Shown here in pieces: positions 1-10,388 of a DNA stretch of 64,000 bases. This DNA comes from a virus. Under the pieces are notes generated by a model. The model was not told the DNA's origin. It did no database searches and saw nothing but the letters and a program-made list of their open reading frames with translations. Made by a program: the position numbers and the translations under genes. Numbering within the stretch: the first letter of the stretch is position 1; each line of letters begins with the position of its first letter. The stretch lies in the IMG/VR virus record IMGVR_UViG_3300013114_000098. The stretch is one strand, 5' to 3'.

Positions 1-39
1 AATACCGGTTTTTTGTGATTTTTTCATAAAATACGCTAA

Positions 40-1572
40 TTATGAAGCAGATAACACAATACCACTGTTAAAAGGCGTATATAGCAGTTTATTGGGTGCA
101 TTTAGCAAAGATCTGTTATTATTATAGTCAGTGCCAGATGCAGTACTATATAATGCATCATTTGATGCTAAATTCGTCATTTTTTGCTGTAATTGTGCTG
201 GAGTTAGGTGTGGATTTAATTGTAAAATAGTTGCTCCTAAGCCACAAACCTGTGGACTAGCCATGCTAGTACCTGAAATACTTCCTTGCCTAAATGATGA
301 ATTTAGATAATAAGTAGCGTCATTGTGTCTATTGGTACTGCTAAATGAACTTCTAATGTTACTTCCTGGAGCCCATATCCTAACACCTGGCCCTTTTGTA
401 CTAAAAGAACTAATTCTATCTAAACCACTACCATCTGCAATGGAATCTATACTGCCTACCATAAATGCTCCGTCACTATAAGGCGAACTGCCTCTATGAT
501 AATGATTTGAAGAATTAAAATAATTATCATAATCAAGGCCGCCTGATACATCTGCTTTAAAACGATTATTACCGGCAGCAATACATACATGCACTCCAGC
601 CGCTATCATTTCTTCTACATCAGAATCTACACTTGATATTCTTATTGGATACCTATAAAAACCTTGTACAAGATAAGGATAAATTCCATACGTTTCTGAC
701 ATATATGTATTACTTTCATTCCAACGTGCATCGTTACCAGAATTATATGTTGTTCCCCTATAATTAACACTTGTTATACCGCTATATGGTCCAAGAGAAC
801 CACTATATCCCCAACTCATATTAACTATAGTTGGTCTGTCATTTGTTTTATTATTATGCCATTCTTTAATAACATCAAAACAATTGCTAATAGGAATACC
901 GCCACTATCGCCAGGTCCTTCAAGGCCGCCTACTTTAACTGAATAAACTCTAGCATTTTTTGCCCATCCGTAAGTTAGCCCAGCCGCTGTGCCAGCAACA
1001 TGTGTTCCATGTCCGTCTCTATCTCTATAATGATTACTGCTTTGTGTTCCACTTAATCCGCTTTCAGTATACCAATTTATTTGTTGTACTCTAGTATTAC
1101 CGTCTGCATCATTAAATTCTGGATGGTCTACTTGTAGTCCACTATCTTGTATGACTACATCTACTCCTGTACCATCTAATGTATATGTAAAATCTCCGCC
1201 TGGATCAGCATTACTTGTACCATATGGATTTACGTTTTCCATACATCTACGCATACCCCAATTAAGTTGACTTCCACTATCAGATGTAGTTTTTGTAAAA
1301 TCCCCAGATTGGGATGCAAAAAGTCCAATTTCAATATCATCTCGTTGATCGGGTGGAATTTCTACATCACGTACTCTAGGATCGTTTTTTAATTGTTCTG
1401 CTTCTTGATCTGTTAATGAGTAGTGTGTACTTCGTTGACTACCTGGTCTAGGATTAGCAACGTCGACTGCTCTATTTGGGATAACTCCTGCACCTGTGTT
1501 GTTAATCATTTCTTGATTGAATTGAGCAAAATCTATATCAGGGTTTAAAACAACAATGTATTCTTTTTCCAT
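40..1572 (-). CDS. Subtilisin-like serine protease (peptidase S8) with N-terminal prodomain
   Basis: Catalytic motifs IQDSG, GHGTHVAGT, AAGN and GTSMASP. Probable start MEKEYIVV at 1572, a TAATG overlap with the upstream stop. Confidence 0.92.
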   Translation of the reverse strand: MEKEYIVVLNPDIDFAQFNQEMINNTGAGVIPNRAVDVANPRPGSQRSTHYSLTDQEAEQLKNDPRVRDVEIPPDQRDDIEIGLFASQSGDFTKTTSDSGSQLNWGMRRCMENVNPYGTSNADPGGDFTYTLDGTGVDVVIQDSGLQVDHPEFNDADGNTRVQQINWYTESGLSGTQSSNHYRDRDGHGTHVAGTAAGLTYGWAKNARVYSVKVGGLEGPGDSGGIPISNCFDVIKEWHNNKTNDRPTIVNMSWGYSGSLGPYSGITSVNYRGTTYNSGNDARWNESNTYMSETYGIYPYLVQGFYRYPIRISSVDSDVEEMIAAGVHVCIAAGNNRFKADVSGGLDYDNYFNSSNHYHRGSSPYSDGAFMVGSIDSIADGSGLDRISSFSTKGPGVRIWAPGSNIRSSFSSTNRHNDATYYLNSSFRQGSISGTSMASPQVCGLGATILQLNPHLTPAQLQQKMTNLASNDALYSTASGTDYNNNRSLLNAPNKLLYTPFNSGIVLSAS

Positions 1573-3260
1573 TATGTCATGTGTTCCCATTGAGGAGTAC
1601 CACCAGTAATATCTGTACAACCTTGAAATGTTTTAGTAGTTGAATTATAAATCATATCTCCTACTTCTGTTAACGGAAGTGCATCACGTTCTGCTGTAGT
1701 CATTACAGCAAGTTTAAATGGAGTAAGTCCTGTTACTTTTACTCTATCTGTAGCAGTTAATTCTAAGTCATTTCCACTTGCAAGTGTTACGGTACCTGTA
1801 CCTGTTACTGTTAAGTTTGTTGTTGTAACACTTGTAAATGTTGGATTTAAACCGCCTAGTGTCGCAATAGTAGCTGTATTAGTTGCTATATCGGCTGTAT
1901 TAGTTGCTATATTGGTTGTATTAGTTAATATAGATGATGTATTTGTATTAATGCTTGTTTGAAGTGTTGCATCAGCCGCCGCAAATTCTGTACGAATTAA
2001 TGCTCGGTCTGTTGTTGCTGTAGTATCTGCTGATGTAAATGCTGTTACTATCGCCGCATCTGCAGTCTGCATTTCTGCTGTAGTAGAGTAATTGCTTAAA
2101 TCAACATTAGCACTTGATAAAGTTCCACCGCCACTTCCTAAATTTGTTGTAGTTGCTGGTGGGCTAGTTAATACTATACCACTTTCTTGTAATCCAGTTA
2201 CACCTGGTTGTACTACATTTACTGATTCGCCACCAGTACTAAATTGTTGTACTGTTTGAGTACTACGTTCTGTATAACCTATTACCCTGTCACAATCATC
2301 ATATACTGGTTCTCTTTCTGTTAAAGGTACTGTTGGATCACCGCTGTTTTGTAACTTTGCTAATATTTCTGGTTCTAACAAATAATAAAAAATGTCATTA
2401 CCAGCGGCATCTACTGGATACCCTTTTAAACTATTATACAACGATTGTATACTAGCCGCATATTGTTGACTTTTTGCCAATGTTAAATCTGGATCAACAG
2501 CCATACCAACACCAGTGTTTACTCTATCACTTGGTGCAAATATACTACCACCTGCAATTGTTGTTCCTTTAAAATTATTTTCAAATTTTATAAGATTTTC
2601 TATGTCTGATTTAAATGCTTTTAAGTCATTAGTAATACTTTGTTTTAGTGCTTCAGGCATGCCAAGTAAATTATTAAAATTATCACCTAATTGTTTTAAT
2701 AATCCACCTGTAAATAAATCTGGTTTAAAGTTTCCATCTGTACCAATACATCCACCAATATCACTGTCTGCTATTTTTCCTAGTGTATCTAGTATATCTT
2801 TACCTGCACCTAAGAAACTACCCATCGAATCTTTTATAACATTTGGAATAGCACGTGGTACTACTGGTGTTCCACAAAAATTAATCATATTTGCAATAGC
2901 GGCAAATTCTGCTATTGCGGCATTTAGTCTTCCTAATACATTATCAATATTAGTATGTGCAATAAAATCATCAAGAGCTTTTTCTGCGTCTGCAAGAGCT
3001 TCTTCTAACTCTTCTAAACCTGCAGGAATCTCCGGTATAAGTCTACCTAAGTTTATCTTTAGACATATTTGTAAATTTGGAAGTTTTATGCCATTTCCAG
3101 CTAATAGCATACATATAATTTCTTTTAAACTATATGACTGAGTTTGAGCTATTACGGTACCTGTTTCTGGATCTATCTCAAACTTACCTGTAGGTATATC
3201 TACCTTAGTAGAATTAAGATAATCACTAGCATCTTTTATTTCGTCTACAAAATCACTCAT
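1572..3260 (-). CDS. Putative virion structural (baseplate/fibre-like) protein
   Basis: 562 aa, follows PAAR. C-terminal Thr/Ala-rich coiled coil (NTTNIATNTADIATNT) and fibre-type GDMIYNSTT motif. Confidence 0.55.
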   Translation of the reverse strand: MSDFVDEIKDASDYLNSTKVDIPTGKFEIDPETGTVIAQTQSYSLKEIICMLLAGNGIKLPNLQICLKINLGRLIPEIPAGLEELEEALADAEKALDDFIAHTNIDNVLGRLNAAIAEFAAIANMINFCGTPVVPRAIPNVIKDSMGSFLGAGKDILDTLGKIADSDIGGCIGTDGNFKPDLFTGGLLKQLGDNFNNLLGMPEALKQSITNDLKAFKSDIENLIKFENNFKGTTIAGGSIFAPSDRVNTGVGMAVDPDLTLAKSQQYAASIQSLYNSLKGYPVDAAGNDIFYYLLEPEILAKLQNSGDPTVPLTEREPVYDDCDRVIGYTERSTQTVQQFSTGGESVNVVQPGVTGLQESGIVLTSPPATTTNLGSGGGTLSSANVDLSNYSTTAEMQTADAAIVTAFTSADTTATTDRALIRTEFAAADATLQTSINTNTSSILTNTTNIATNTADIATNTATIATLGGLNPTFTSVTTTNLTVTGTGTVTLASGNDLELTATDRVKVTGLTPFKLAVMTTAERDALPLTEVGDMIYNSTTKTFQGCTDITGGTPQWEHMT

Positions 3261-3261
3261 G

Positions 3262-3546
3262 TTATTGTCCTATGTAAACATCTGGACTGCCCGAAGTAGC
3301 ATCTGGTCCACAGTGTGGTGGAATTGGGCAATAATTGTCTGCATCTGCTGGATTTCCATTTAGTACTACTAATTTTCCACCTACAAATACATTTCTGCAT
3401 TGTGCTTTTAAGGCACCATCGCCATGGTTGTTTGGATCACCATCTACGCTGATTGGTTGTGAATTGACAAACACGTTTTTATGTGCTGATGCTATTGTTG
3501 ATGCACCGCATTTACGTGAGTCTCCGTTTCTATGAACTTGTGGCAC
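3262..3546 (-). CDS. PAAR-domain spike tip protein
   Basis: 94 aa with HRNGD..CG, NVFVN...VDGD...H and terminal GSPDVYIG pattern. Confidence 0.85.
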   Translation of the reverse strand: MPQVHRNGDSRKCGASTIASAHKNVFVNSQPISVDGDPNNHGDGALKAQCRNVFVGGKLVVLNGNPADADNYCPIPPHCGPDATSGSPDVYIGQ

Positions 3547-3835
3547 TTGCTATTGCTATTCCTGTACTTTGTTTAATATACATATCACTAGCATCTTTTG
3601 CTGATTTAACTATGCATATAACATTATTTATCTTCAGCTTTATCTTGGCTTCTGGATTAATTGTAAACATGTACGGTGCAAGTGCAACGCCTTTTTGAGC
3701 CGCGACTAGGATATAAGGCTTGACAACTGTAATGCTATCTCCAGTATCTTCATCTAATCGTGCAATCATTTCTTCTCCTGATGAAAGTTTTATACTTACT
3801 ATATCACCAGTTTTATATTGTTCTTCTATTAACAT
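3530..3835 (-). CDS. Sm-like fold phage protein
   Basis: IVSIKLSSGEEMIARL...KP...LAPY pattern typical of T4-like Sm-fold proteins. Confidence 0.55.
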   Translation of the reverse strand: MLIEEQYKTGDIVSIKLSSGEEMIARLDEDTGDSITVVKPYILVAAQKGVALAPYMFTINPEAKIKLKINNVICIVKSAKDASDMYIKQSTGIAIASATSS

Positions 3836-3838
3836 ATA

Positions 3839-4069
3839 TTATGCTCCTGTATCTTTTATATACTGAACTAATTCGTGGTACCCACCTATCTTATTATCAT
3901 CAATGATGATTTGTGGGAACGTTCTAGCTCCAGGAAATGTTTCTAAAACATCTTCTCTTGTAAAATCTTTATCTAATTGTTTATATTCGTATTTGTATCC
4001 ACGAGCTTCGCATAACTTCTTTGCGGCATCACAAAAACCACAAGATGTTTTTCCATAAATTATAATCAT
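3839..4069 (-). CDS. Glutaredoxin
   Basis: CGFC active site, TFPQI and IGGY motifs; adjacent to nrdB. Confidence 0.93.
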   Translation of the reverse strand: MIIIYGKTSCGFCDAAKKLCEARGYKYEYKQLDKDFTREDVLETFPGARTFPQIIIDDNKIGGYHELVQYIKDTGA

Positions 4070-5193
4070 AAACTTAATCCTGAAAATGTCTCATCTGACA
4101 CATCTTTTTTAACACCACCTATTACATAAGAACTAATTTCTGTTTCTTGTGGTGCTACTTGTACCTCTGCACCGCTAATCCATTTTTGTGTCCATGGTAA
4201 TGGGTTTGCTTGTGAAGTACTAAATGGACATTTTATGCCTAATGCTATCATACGCTTACAACAAATCCATTCAATATAATCACTTAACAACTGTGCATTA
4301 AGACCAATCATTGAGCCATCCTTAAACAAATAATCTGCCCATGCTTTTTCTTGTTCTACAGCATCAACAAACATTTTTGTTACATCATCTTTACATTCTT
4401 CTGCAATCATTGCAAAATCTTTATCTTCTTTAGTTAATACTTTTGATAATAAGTATTGAGTACTTGCTAAATGTACATTTTCATCACGTGCAATAAACTT
4501 AATAATCTTTGCATTACCTTCCATTTTTTTAAGTTCTGCGAATGCCCATGAACATGCAAAACTAACATAAAATCGAATTCCCTCTAGTACATTAACACTA
4601 TTCATACATAACCAAACTTTTTTCTTTAACTCATATTTGCTAATTTTAATTTTTTTACCATTAACTTTATGTGTTCCTTCACCTAGTAATTGATAATACA
4701 TACTATATTCATTTAAATCATCATAGTATTTTGTAATATCATCTGCACAATCTAATATTTCTTTATTATTAGTAAGTTCGTCAAATATTTCTGTAGGATT
4801 TGAATAAATGTTACGAATAATATGTGTGTAACTGCGTGAATGAATTGTTTCACTAAATGTCCAAGTCATAATCCAATTTTCTATTTCTGGTAAACTACAA
4901 ATAGGACCAAACACTTCTACAGGTGCTCTACCTTGAACACTATCAAGCAAAATCTGTCTTTTCAGATTAGATGTAAAAATATGCTGTTCGTGCTCAGTAA
5001 GATTTTTAAAATCTGTAAAATCTTTATGACAATCAACTTCCTCTGGTCGCCAGAAGAAACCTAACTGTTTATCAGTTAGTTTATCAAATTGTTTATATTT
5101 TACAGTATCGAATCGTTGAAATCCTAATTTTTCATCTACAAATGCATTTACTTCTGTATGATATTTTTCATTTTTTACATTTAAAACTGTCAT
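4066..5193 (-). CDS. nrdB: Ribonucleotide reductase class Ia beta subunit
   Basis: FFWRPEEV, LDSVQGR, ETIHSRSY, EGIRFYVSF, RDENVH, VAPQETEISSY. Confidence 0.97.
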   Translation of the reverse strand: MTVLNVKNEKYHTEVNAFVDEKLGFQRFDTVKYKQFDKLTDKQLGFFWRPEEVDCHKDFTDFKNLTEHEQHIFTSNLKRQILLDSVQGRAPVEVFGPICSLPEIENWIMTWTFSETIHSRSYTHIIRNIYSNPTEIFDELTNNKEILDCADDITKYYDDLNEYSMYYQLLGEGTHKVNGKKIKISKYELKKKVWLCMNSVNVLEGIRFYVSFACSWAFAELKKMEGNAKIIKFIARDENVHLASTQYLLSKVLTKEDKDFAMIAEECKDDVTKMFVDAVEQEKAWADYLFKDGSMIGLNAQLLSDYIEWICCKRMIALGIKCPFSTSQANPLPWTQKWISGAEVQVAPQETEISSYVIGGVKKDVSDETFSGLSL

Positions 5194-5205
5194 TTTCTAT
5201 TTCTC

Positions 5206-7527
5206 TTAAATTACGCAACTTTCACAGTAGTCGTCATATTCTTCATCAGAGTCAAAACTTTCTCTACCTAATAACCCTTCTTTATTTTTCTTATCAAAAT
5301 CTATTTCACCTTGCCCATCATATGTATTAAAATAGTATAATTGTTTTCCTCCATATTTATAAAACATAACAAGATGTTGAAGCATAATACTTAATGGAAT
5401 CTTTTCTTCATCATAAAATTCTGGGTTATAACTTGTATTAACACTAATTCCTTGATCTATATACTTTTGTAATACAGCCATAATCTTTAAATAGCCTTCT
5501 GGACTACGTTGCTCCCATAATAAATCATACTTATTCTTTAAACGTGGATATCCGGGTACTACTTGCTTTAAAACACCATGTTTGCTTTGTTTTACACTAA
5601 CAAATGCACGTGGTGGTTCTACTCCATTAGTACTGTTACTTATTTGTGCTGATGTTTCAGCAGGCATAAGTGCCATTAATGTACTGTTGCGGATACCTGT
5701 TTTTTTAAGTTGGTTACGTAAACTTTTCCACGGCATACGTTCTTTATGTGGTGAAAGTTCATCTAATTCTTTTTTATAAGTCATATTTGGAGTAATACCA
5801 TCGCCGTATTTTGTTTCATATACGCCATCTATATTACCTTTCTCAACTGCTAAATCCGCACTTGCTTTAATTAAGTAATAACTCCATGCTTCTGCCCATT
5901 CATCTACTAAGGCTAAACCTTTTGCATCAATGCCTTGATAATTTAAATCATTTTTTGCTAACCAAAATGCAAAATTAATAATTCCAATCCCTAATGGTCG
6001 CCTTCTCATTGTACTAAGTTCTGCCGAAACTACAGGATAATTTTGATAATCAAGTAATTCATCTAATGCACGAACTGACAATCTGCATACACGTTCAAAA
6101 TCACGTGGTGTTTTAACATTACCCCAATTAATAGCACTCAATGTACATAAACTAATTTCACCATTATTATCATTGAAAAAAGATAAAGGTTTAGTAGGTA
6201 AATTAATTTCACAACACAAATTGCTTTGTTTAATAGGTGCTACTTCTGGTTTAAATGCACCATGATCATTAGCATGATCAACGTTCATCAAATATATACG
6301 TCCTGTATTTTTACGTTCTTCCATAAACATACTGAATAGCTCTGCCGCAGGAATAACCCGTTGTCTAGTTACAGTTTCTTCTGCTTCTTCATATAATTCT
6401 TTAAATTTATCTTGATCATCAAAAAAGGCTTCATATAAACCTGGTACATCACTAGGTGAGAACAATGTTATATCTCCTCCTGTAAGTAGTCTTTCATACA
6501 TAAGTTTGTTAAACTGTACACCATAATCCATATGTCGTACACGATTATCTTCTGTACCTTTATTGTTCTTTAATACAAGTAATTCTTCTACTTCGTAATG
6601 CCAAATTGGATAATATAATGTTGCCGCTCCACCACGAACACCACCTTGTGAACAAGATTTTACTGAACTTTGAAATAGTTTATAAAATGGAATAACACCT
6701 GTATGACTAGCATCACCATTTCTGATTGGTGAGCCAATAGCACGAATACTACCAGCACCAATACCAATACCTGCTTTTTGAGAAACATACTTAACAATAG
6801 CACTACTTGTAGCATTAATTGAATCTAAACTATCTTCAGTTTCAATTAATACACAACTACTAAATTGTCTTTGAGGTGTACGCAACCCAGCCATAATAGG
6901 TGTAGGTAAACTAATATCAAAATTACTAATAGCATCGTAGTAATCTTTAACATACCTCATACGTGTTTCTTCTGGATATTTGCTGAATAATGTTGCCGCT
7001 ATCATCATATATGCAACTTGTGGTGTTTCGTAAATTTCTCCTGTTACACGATTTTGTACTAAGTATTTTCCACGAAACTGTTCCATGCCAACATATGTAA
7101 TGTTTTCATCTCTATCGTGTTTAATATAATTGTTTAATTGATCAATTTCGTTTGCTGTATAATCATTAAAAAAGCTCTTATCATAGTATCCTAACTTAAC
7201 ATTCTTTTTAGCAATTTTACTAAGATGAGGGGGGTTGAAAGATTGATAAACTATCTTTCGTAAATGATAGTTAATTAATCTACCTGCTACCCACTGATAG
7301 TTTGGGGTTTCTTCATTTATAAGATCTGCGGCCGCTTTAATTAGTGTTTCTTGAATATTTGAAGTTTCTATGCCATTATAAAACTGTAAGTGACTTTTTA
7401 ATTCTACTTGACTTGCACTTACTCCTGTAACACCTTCACATGCATAAAAGACCACATTATGCATTTTTTCTAGATCCAGTTCTTCGCGAGATCCGTCACG
7501 TTTTACTATTGTAATATCTTTGCTCAT
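5206..7527 (-). CDS. nrdA: Ribonucleotide reductase class Ia alpha subunit
   Basis: N-terminal ATP cone, PTPIM, FSSCVL, SNLCCEI, MPAETS, LYY and C-terminal CESC. Confidence 0.97.
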   Translation of the reverse strand: MSKDITIVKRDGSREELDLEKMHNVVFYACEGVTGVSASQVELKSHLQFYNGIETSNIQETLIKAAADLINEETPNYQWVAGRLINYHLRKIVYQSFNPPHLSKIAKKNVKLGYYDKSFFNDYTANEIDQLNNYIKHDRDENITYVGMEQFRGKYLVQNRVTGEIYETPQVAYMMIAATLFSKYPEETRMRYVKDYYDAISNFDISLPTPIMAGLRTPQRQFSSCVLIETEDSLDSINATSSAIVKYVSQKAGIGIGAGSIRAIGSPIRNGDASHTGVIPFYKLFQSSVKSCSQGGVRGGAATLYYPIWHYEVEELLVLKNNKGTEDNRVRHMDYGVQFNKLMYERLLTGGDITLFSPSDVPGLYEAFFDDQDKFKELYEEAEETVTRQRVIPAAELFSMFMEERKNTGRIYLMNVDHANDHGAFKPEVAPIKQSNLCCEINLPTKPLSFFNDNNGEISLCTLSAINWGNVKTPRDFERVCRLSVRALDELLDYQNYPVVSAELSTMRRRPLGIGIINFAFWLAKNDLNYQGIDAKGLALVDEWAEAWSYYLIKASADLAVEKGNIDGVYETKYGDGITPNMTYKKELDELSPHKERMPWKSLRNQLKKTGIRNSTLMALMPAETSAQISNSTNGVEPPRAFVSVKQSKHGVLKQVVPGYPRLKNKYDLLWEQRSPEGYLKIMAVLQKYIDQGISVNTSYNPEFYDEEKIPLSIMLQHLVMFYKYGGKQLYYFNTYDGQGEIDFDKKNKEGLLGRESFDSDEEYDDYCESCVI

Positions 7528-7627
7528 TTATCATCCAATTTCTTTCGTTTATAGTTTAAAACTATTTTACCAAGGTACTATTAGTACATTGAATTCTTTT
7601 ATTAAATCTTTATATTGATATATCATA

Positions 7628-7656
7628 ATTATAGTTTAGATTTTGCGTATCGTCAA
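7628..7656 (-). promoter_or_regulatory. Sigma70-type promoter for nrdAB
   Basis: TTGACG-N17-TATAAT on the minus strand. Confidence 0.75.
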
Positions 7657-7701
7657 CCAAAACTATTAATTTTCTTTCATTGTTTTCCACAAGTAATTAA
7701 A

Positions 7702-8487
7702 TTACTTAAATGACTTTTGAATATATGTAAATGTGTGTGCGTTAGTAGTGTCAGTTGTTGCAAAATTTAGTATAAATTTATCTGTACTATTATGACTTAA
7801 ACTAAAACTAACTGGTATAGATCCGGTACTAATATCATATGTATCTCTAATAGAACTTGTAGTAGGTACTCCACTATTATTATCTAGTAATATACGTAAT
7901 GTGCCATGCCTAGATGCTGGAGTTGAACCTGCGTGTGATAGTGTGTAATCAATCGTAACACTTTCTTTATTTTCACATAAAAATTCTACTCCTGTTGCTT
8001 GAGGAGTAGCTGATGCTGAGGCGGTAAACGTGAGAGTTTGTGCTGGATTTTGAAATGCTTCTGCTGTATATCCTATTTCTTTATTATACCAAAGAGAAAA
8101 TGTATCTGCACTTACTGGAACTCTTGTAGTAACACCATCAATTGCTTTTAGTGGATGTGTAAAAGTTGCTTTTTGGTCAGAAAATGTAATGTTAGCACCT
8201 AAAATTTCTGTGACAGTGGACGTAACTGAATCAGTTACTGTAATACCATATGCTAAATCGGTAGTTGTAATTTCGTCTAAATCTACTGGTATACCTGCCG
8301 CTGACATAAATTCTACAATTGCTATAGTAGTAGTACTATTAGTTAAATCACATGAACCTGTAACAGGTTCTTGTCCAATAAACGTTTTTTGAAGATCGGT
8401 CGCTAACCCTAATTCACCTGGTAGTAACTGTGGTAAAGCGGTAGACAAACCTTTTCTTGCTGTCATTCGTGCTGTAATTGTTGCCAT
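7702..8487 (-). CDS. Virion structural protein (fibre/baseplate-like)
   Basis: N-terminal RKG..LPQLLPGELGLATD motif and beta-rich C-terminus; late promoter upstream. Confidence 0.6.
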   Translation of the reverse strand: MATITARMTARKGLSTALPQLLPGELGLATDLQKTFIGQEPVTGSCDLTNSTTTIAIVEFMSAAGIPVDLDEITTTDLAYGITVTDSVTSTVTEILGANITFSDQKATFTHPLKAIDGVTTRVPVSADTFSLWYNKEIGYTAEAFQNPAQTLTFTASASATPQATGVEFLCENKESVTIDYTLSHAGSTPASRHGTLRILLDNNSGVPTTSSIRDTYDISTGSIPVSFSLSHNSTDKFILNFATTDTTNAHTFTYIQKSFK

Positions 8488-8513
8488 ATTTGTTCTTCCT
8501 TATAATAAAGTAT

Positions 8514-9203
8514 TTATGATAAATTATAAAATTTCTCTAATCGTTGTGCCCATTTGTTTTCGTATTCTGGAAATTCATCTGGTCCACTTTCAAACAGTTG
8601 CCATTGGCAGTCACCACTACACATAAAAATAGCGATACGGTCAATTGTAGTGCCATACATTTCATTATGTGCATTTGCATAAGCGGCACCTTGTAGGAAA
8701 TAATCTTCAATCCATTCACGTCTTTTGGGTTTATTTGTTTGTTTAAAGTCCATAATAGTAGGCTCTCCTTTATACACACCAACTAAATCTGATGTACCTG
8801 CATATAGCTCTTTTGCTACTAAATTTACTTCTGTACCCCATATTTCATCTATATCATTTTCAATATTCTCAACCACAACTTGTGCCATTGCTTTTGCTTG
8901 TCTATGAACTATATTATTACCTGGATTATAAGTTTCATACTCACCTAATGCCCAGTGTTCTAATATATTATGCATTACTGTTCCCCTATTAGCGGCTATT
9001 GATGTAATACGTTGGGCTTCTGCCTCACCTACACGCTTACGCCAGGCGGCAAGTCCAGCACGTTTTTCTGCTGGTAGAGTATTACTTAATATTGTTGTGA
9101 CACTTGGAACTGGATCGCCCCATGGGTTTTGATATAGACGTTTTCCGTCTACACTAGTTCTTTTAAATTCTTGATAGGGGTAAGGGCTTTTAATGGTTGG
9201 CAT
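8514..9203 (-). CDS. PD-(D/E)XK exonuclease (MGME1/Cas4-like)
   Basis: PSVTTIL, RGTVMH, E, AGTSD, DFK, Q..AY motifs. Confidence 0.85.
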   Translation of the reverse strand: MPTIKSPYPYQEFKRTSVDGKRLYQNPWGDPVPSVTTILSNTLPAEKRAGLAAWRKRVGEAEAQRITSIAANRGTVMHNILEHWALGEYETYNPGNNIVHRQAKAMAQVVVENIENDIDEIWGTEVNLVAKELYAGTSDLVGVYKGEPTIMDFKQTNKPKRREWIEDYFLQGAAYANAHNEMYGTTIDRIAIFMCSGDCQWQLFESGPDEFPEYENKWAQRLEKFYNLS

Positions 9204-9209
9204 AGAACA

Positions 9210-9238
9210 ATTATACTACTATTATGATAAAATGTCAA
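9210..9238 (-). promoter_or_regulatory. Sigma70 promoter, probably giving a leaderless mRNA
   Basis: Perfect TTGACA-N17-TATAAT, 6 nt before the ATG at 9203; no SD. Confidence 0.8.
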
Positions 9239-9980
9239 CGACTCTAGGCAGAATATAATTATCAAATACCCATTTATTAGCTGTTGGACTCCAGTGATCG
9301 TCTTCTGGTGAAATTGTAAGACCTGCTTCAAATAATATCTTGTTTTGCAGAACGACTGGTTCTTGTGGTGACTCGCGATTCTTATTCATCTGTTTATGTA
9401 TTCTTTCAGTAATATTAAATACTTGCCATAATCTCTGGTATGCACTATCTTCACTATCACCTGATAAATTTGGCTTCATTAATAACGAAAATTTTACTAT
9501 ATGCTTAAAATTATAAAGTGAATGCATATTTTCATACCATTTCTCTTTATAATCTATATTTTGTTCTGACGCACCTTTATATTTTAATACGTCATTGAAA
9601 CTATTTTGTACACTAACTGGTATGTCTTTATCATTAAAATGACTAGTACTGATATGCAGTGAACCCCATGCTACATTTTCACAATTTAATGTAAAATAAT
9701 TATCATCAATAGTAGTTACAACAAAAGAATGTGGATCATCACCAGTCAAGTCCAGCACTCTATGAGGGAATGTTTTATTAATTAAGATAACATCTATATT
9801 TCTTATTTTTGCATCAAGCAAACATATCTGATAAAAATCATATCCTCGTCCGCCTATTGCATAATTATAATATTGATGTTGTGGGAAATGTTTTGCTAAA
9901 AGATATGTCCAGTTATTCTTTCCTTGGCCAGCCTGATCATATGATGCGTAACTATCCCCTATGAATGCTACTTTAAGCAT
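9222..9980 (-). CDS. SGNH/GDSL-like hydrolase
   Basis: FIGDSY, NYAIGG and C-terminal DDH motifs. Confidence 0.6.
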   Translation of the reverse strand: MLKVAFIGDSYASYDQAGQGKNNWTYLLAKHFPQHQYYNYAIGGRGYDFYQICLLDAKIRNIDVILINKTFPHRVLDLTGDDPHSFVVTTIDDNYFTLNCENVAWGSLHISTSHFNDKDIPVSVQNSFNDVLKYKGASEQNIDYKEKWYENMHSLYNFKHIVKFSLLMKPNLSGDSEDSAYQRLWQVFNITERIHKQMNKNRESPQEPVVLQNKILFEAGLTISPEDDHWSPTANKWVFDNYILPRVVDILS

Positions 9981-9991
9981 AATTTATAGTC

Positions 9992-10387
9992 CTATCGTAT
10001 TTTATTTTTTGCTTCTATTGTAGTTAAACTTTTTTCTCTATCTAAGAATTTATATTCCAATTTTACTGGTTCAAATTCTTCTTCAAGTAAATCAAATATA
10101 GTTTGGGGATCAAATTCAGCACATGAATAAACGTCCATTTGCAGTAATCCTGGATTAACTTCATCCCATATATGAACAGCAATGTGAGAAGTTTCAATAA
10201 TTACTACACCAGTTAATCCTTTATTTCCTGGTATATTAACGTATGCTGTAATGGGACCTTGGCATATGTCCATTTTTATTTCTTGTACTAATTTTACTAG
10301 CCACGAATGTAACCATTTGGGGTCTGTGGGAGTTTTTCCTGTCTCTGCTCTTATGATGAGATGTTTATGTTTTATTATCTCAGCCAT
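9992..10387 (-). CDS. speD: S-adenosylmethionine decarboxylase proenzyme
   Basis: IETSHIAVHIW self-cleavage motif and DVYSC; probable start MAEIIKH at 10387. Confidence 0.88.
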   Translation of the reverse strand: MAEIIKHKHLIIRAETGKTPTDPKWLHSWLVKLVQEIKMDICQGPITAYVNIPGNKGLTGVVIIETSHIAVHIWDEVNPGLLQMDVYSCAEFDPQTIFDLLEEEFEPVKLEYKFLDREKSLTTIEAKNKIR

Positions 10388-10388
10388 T

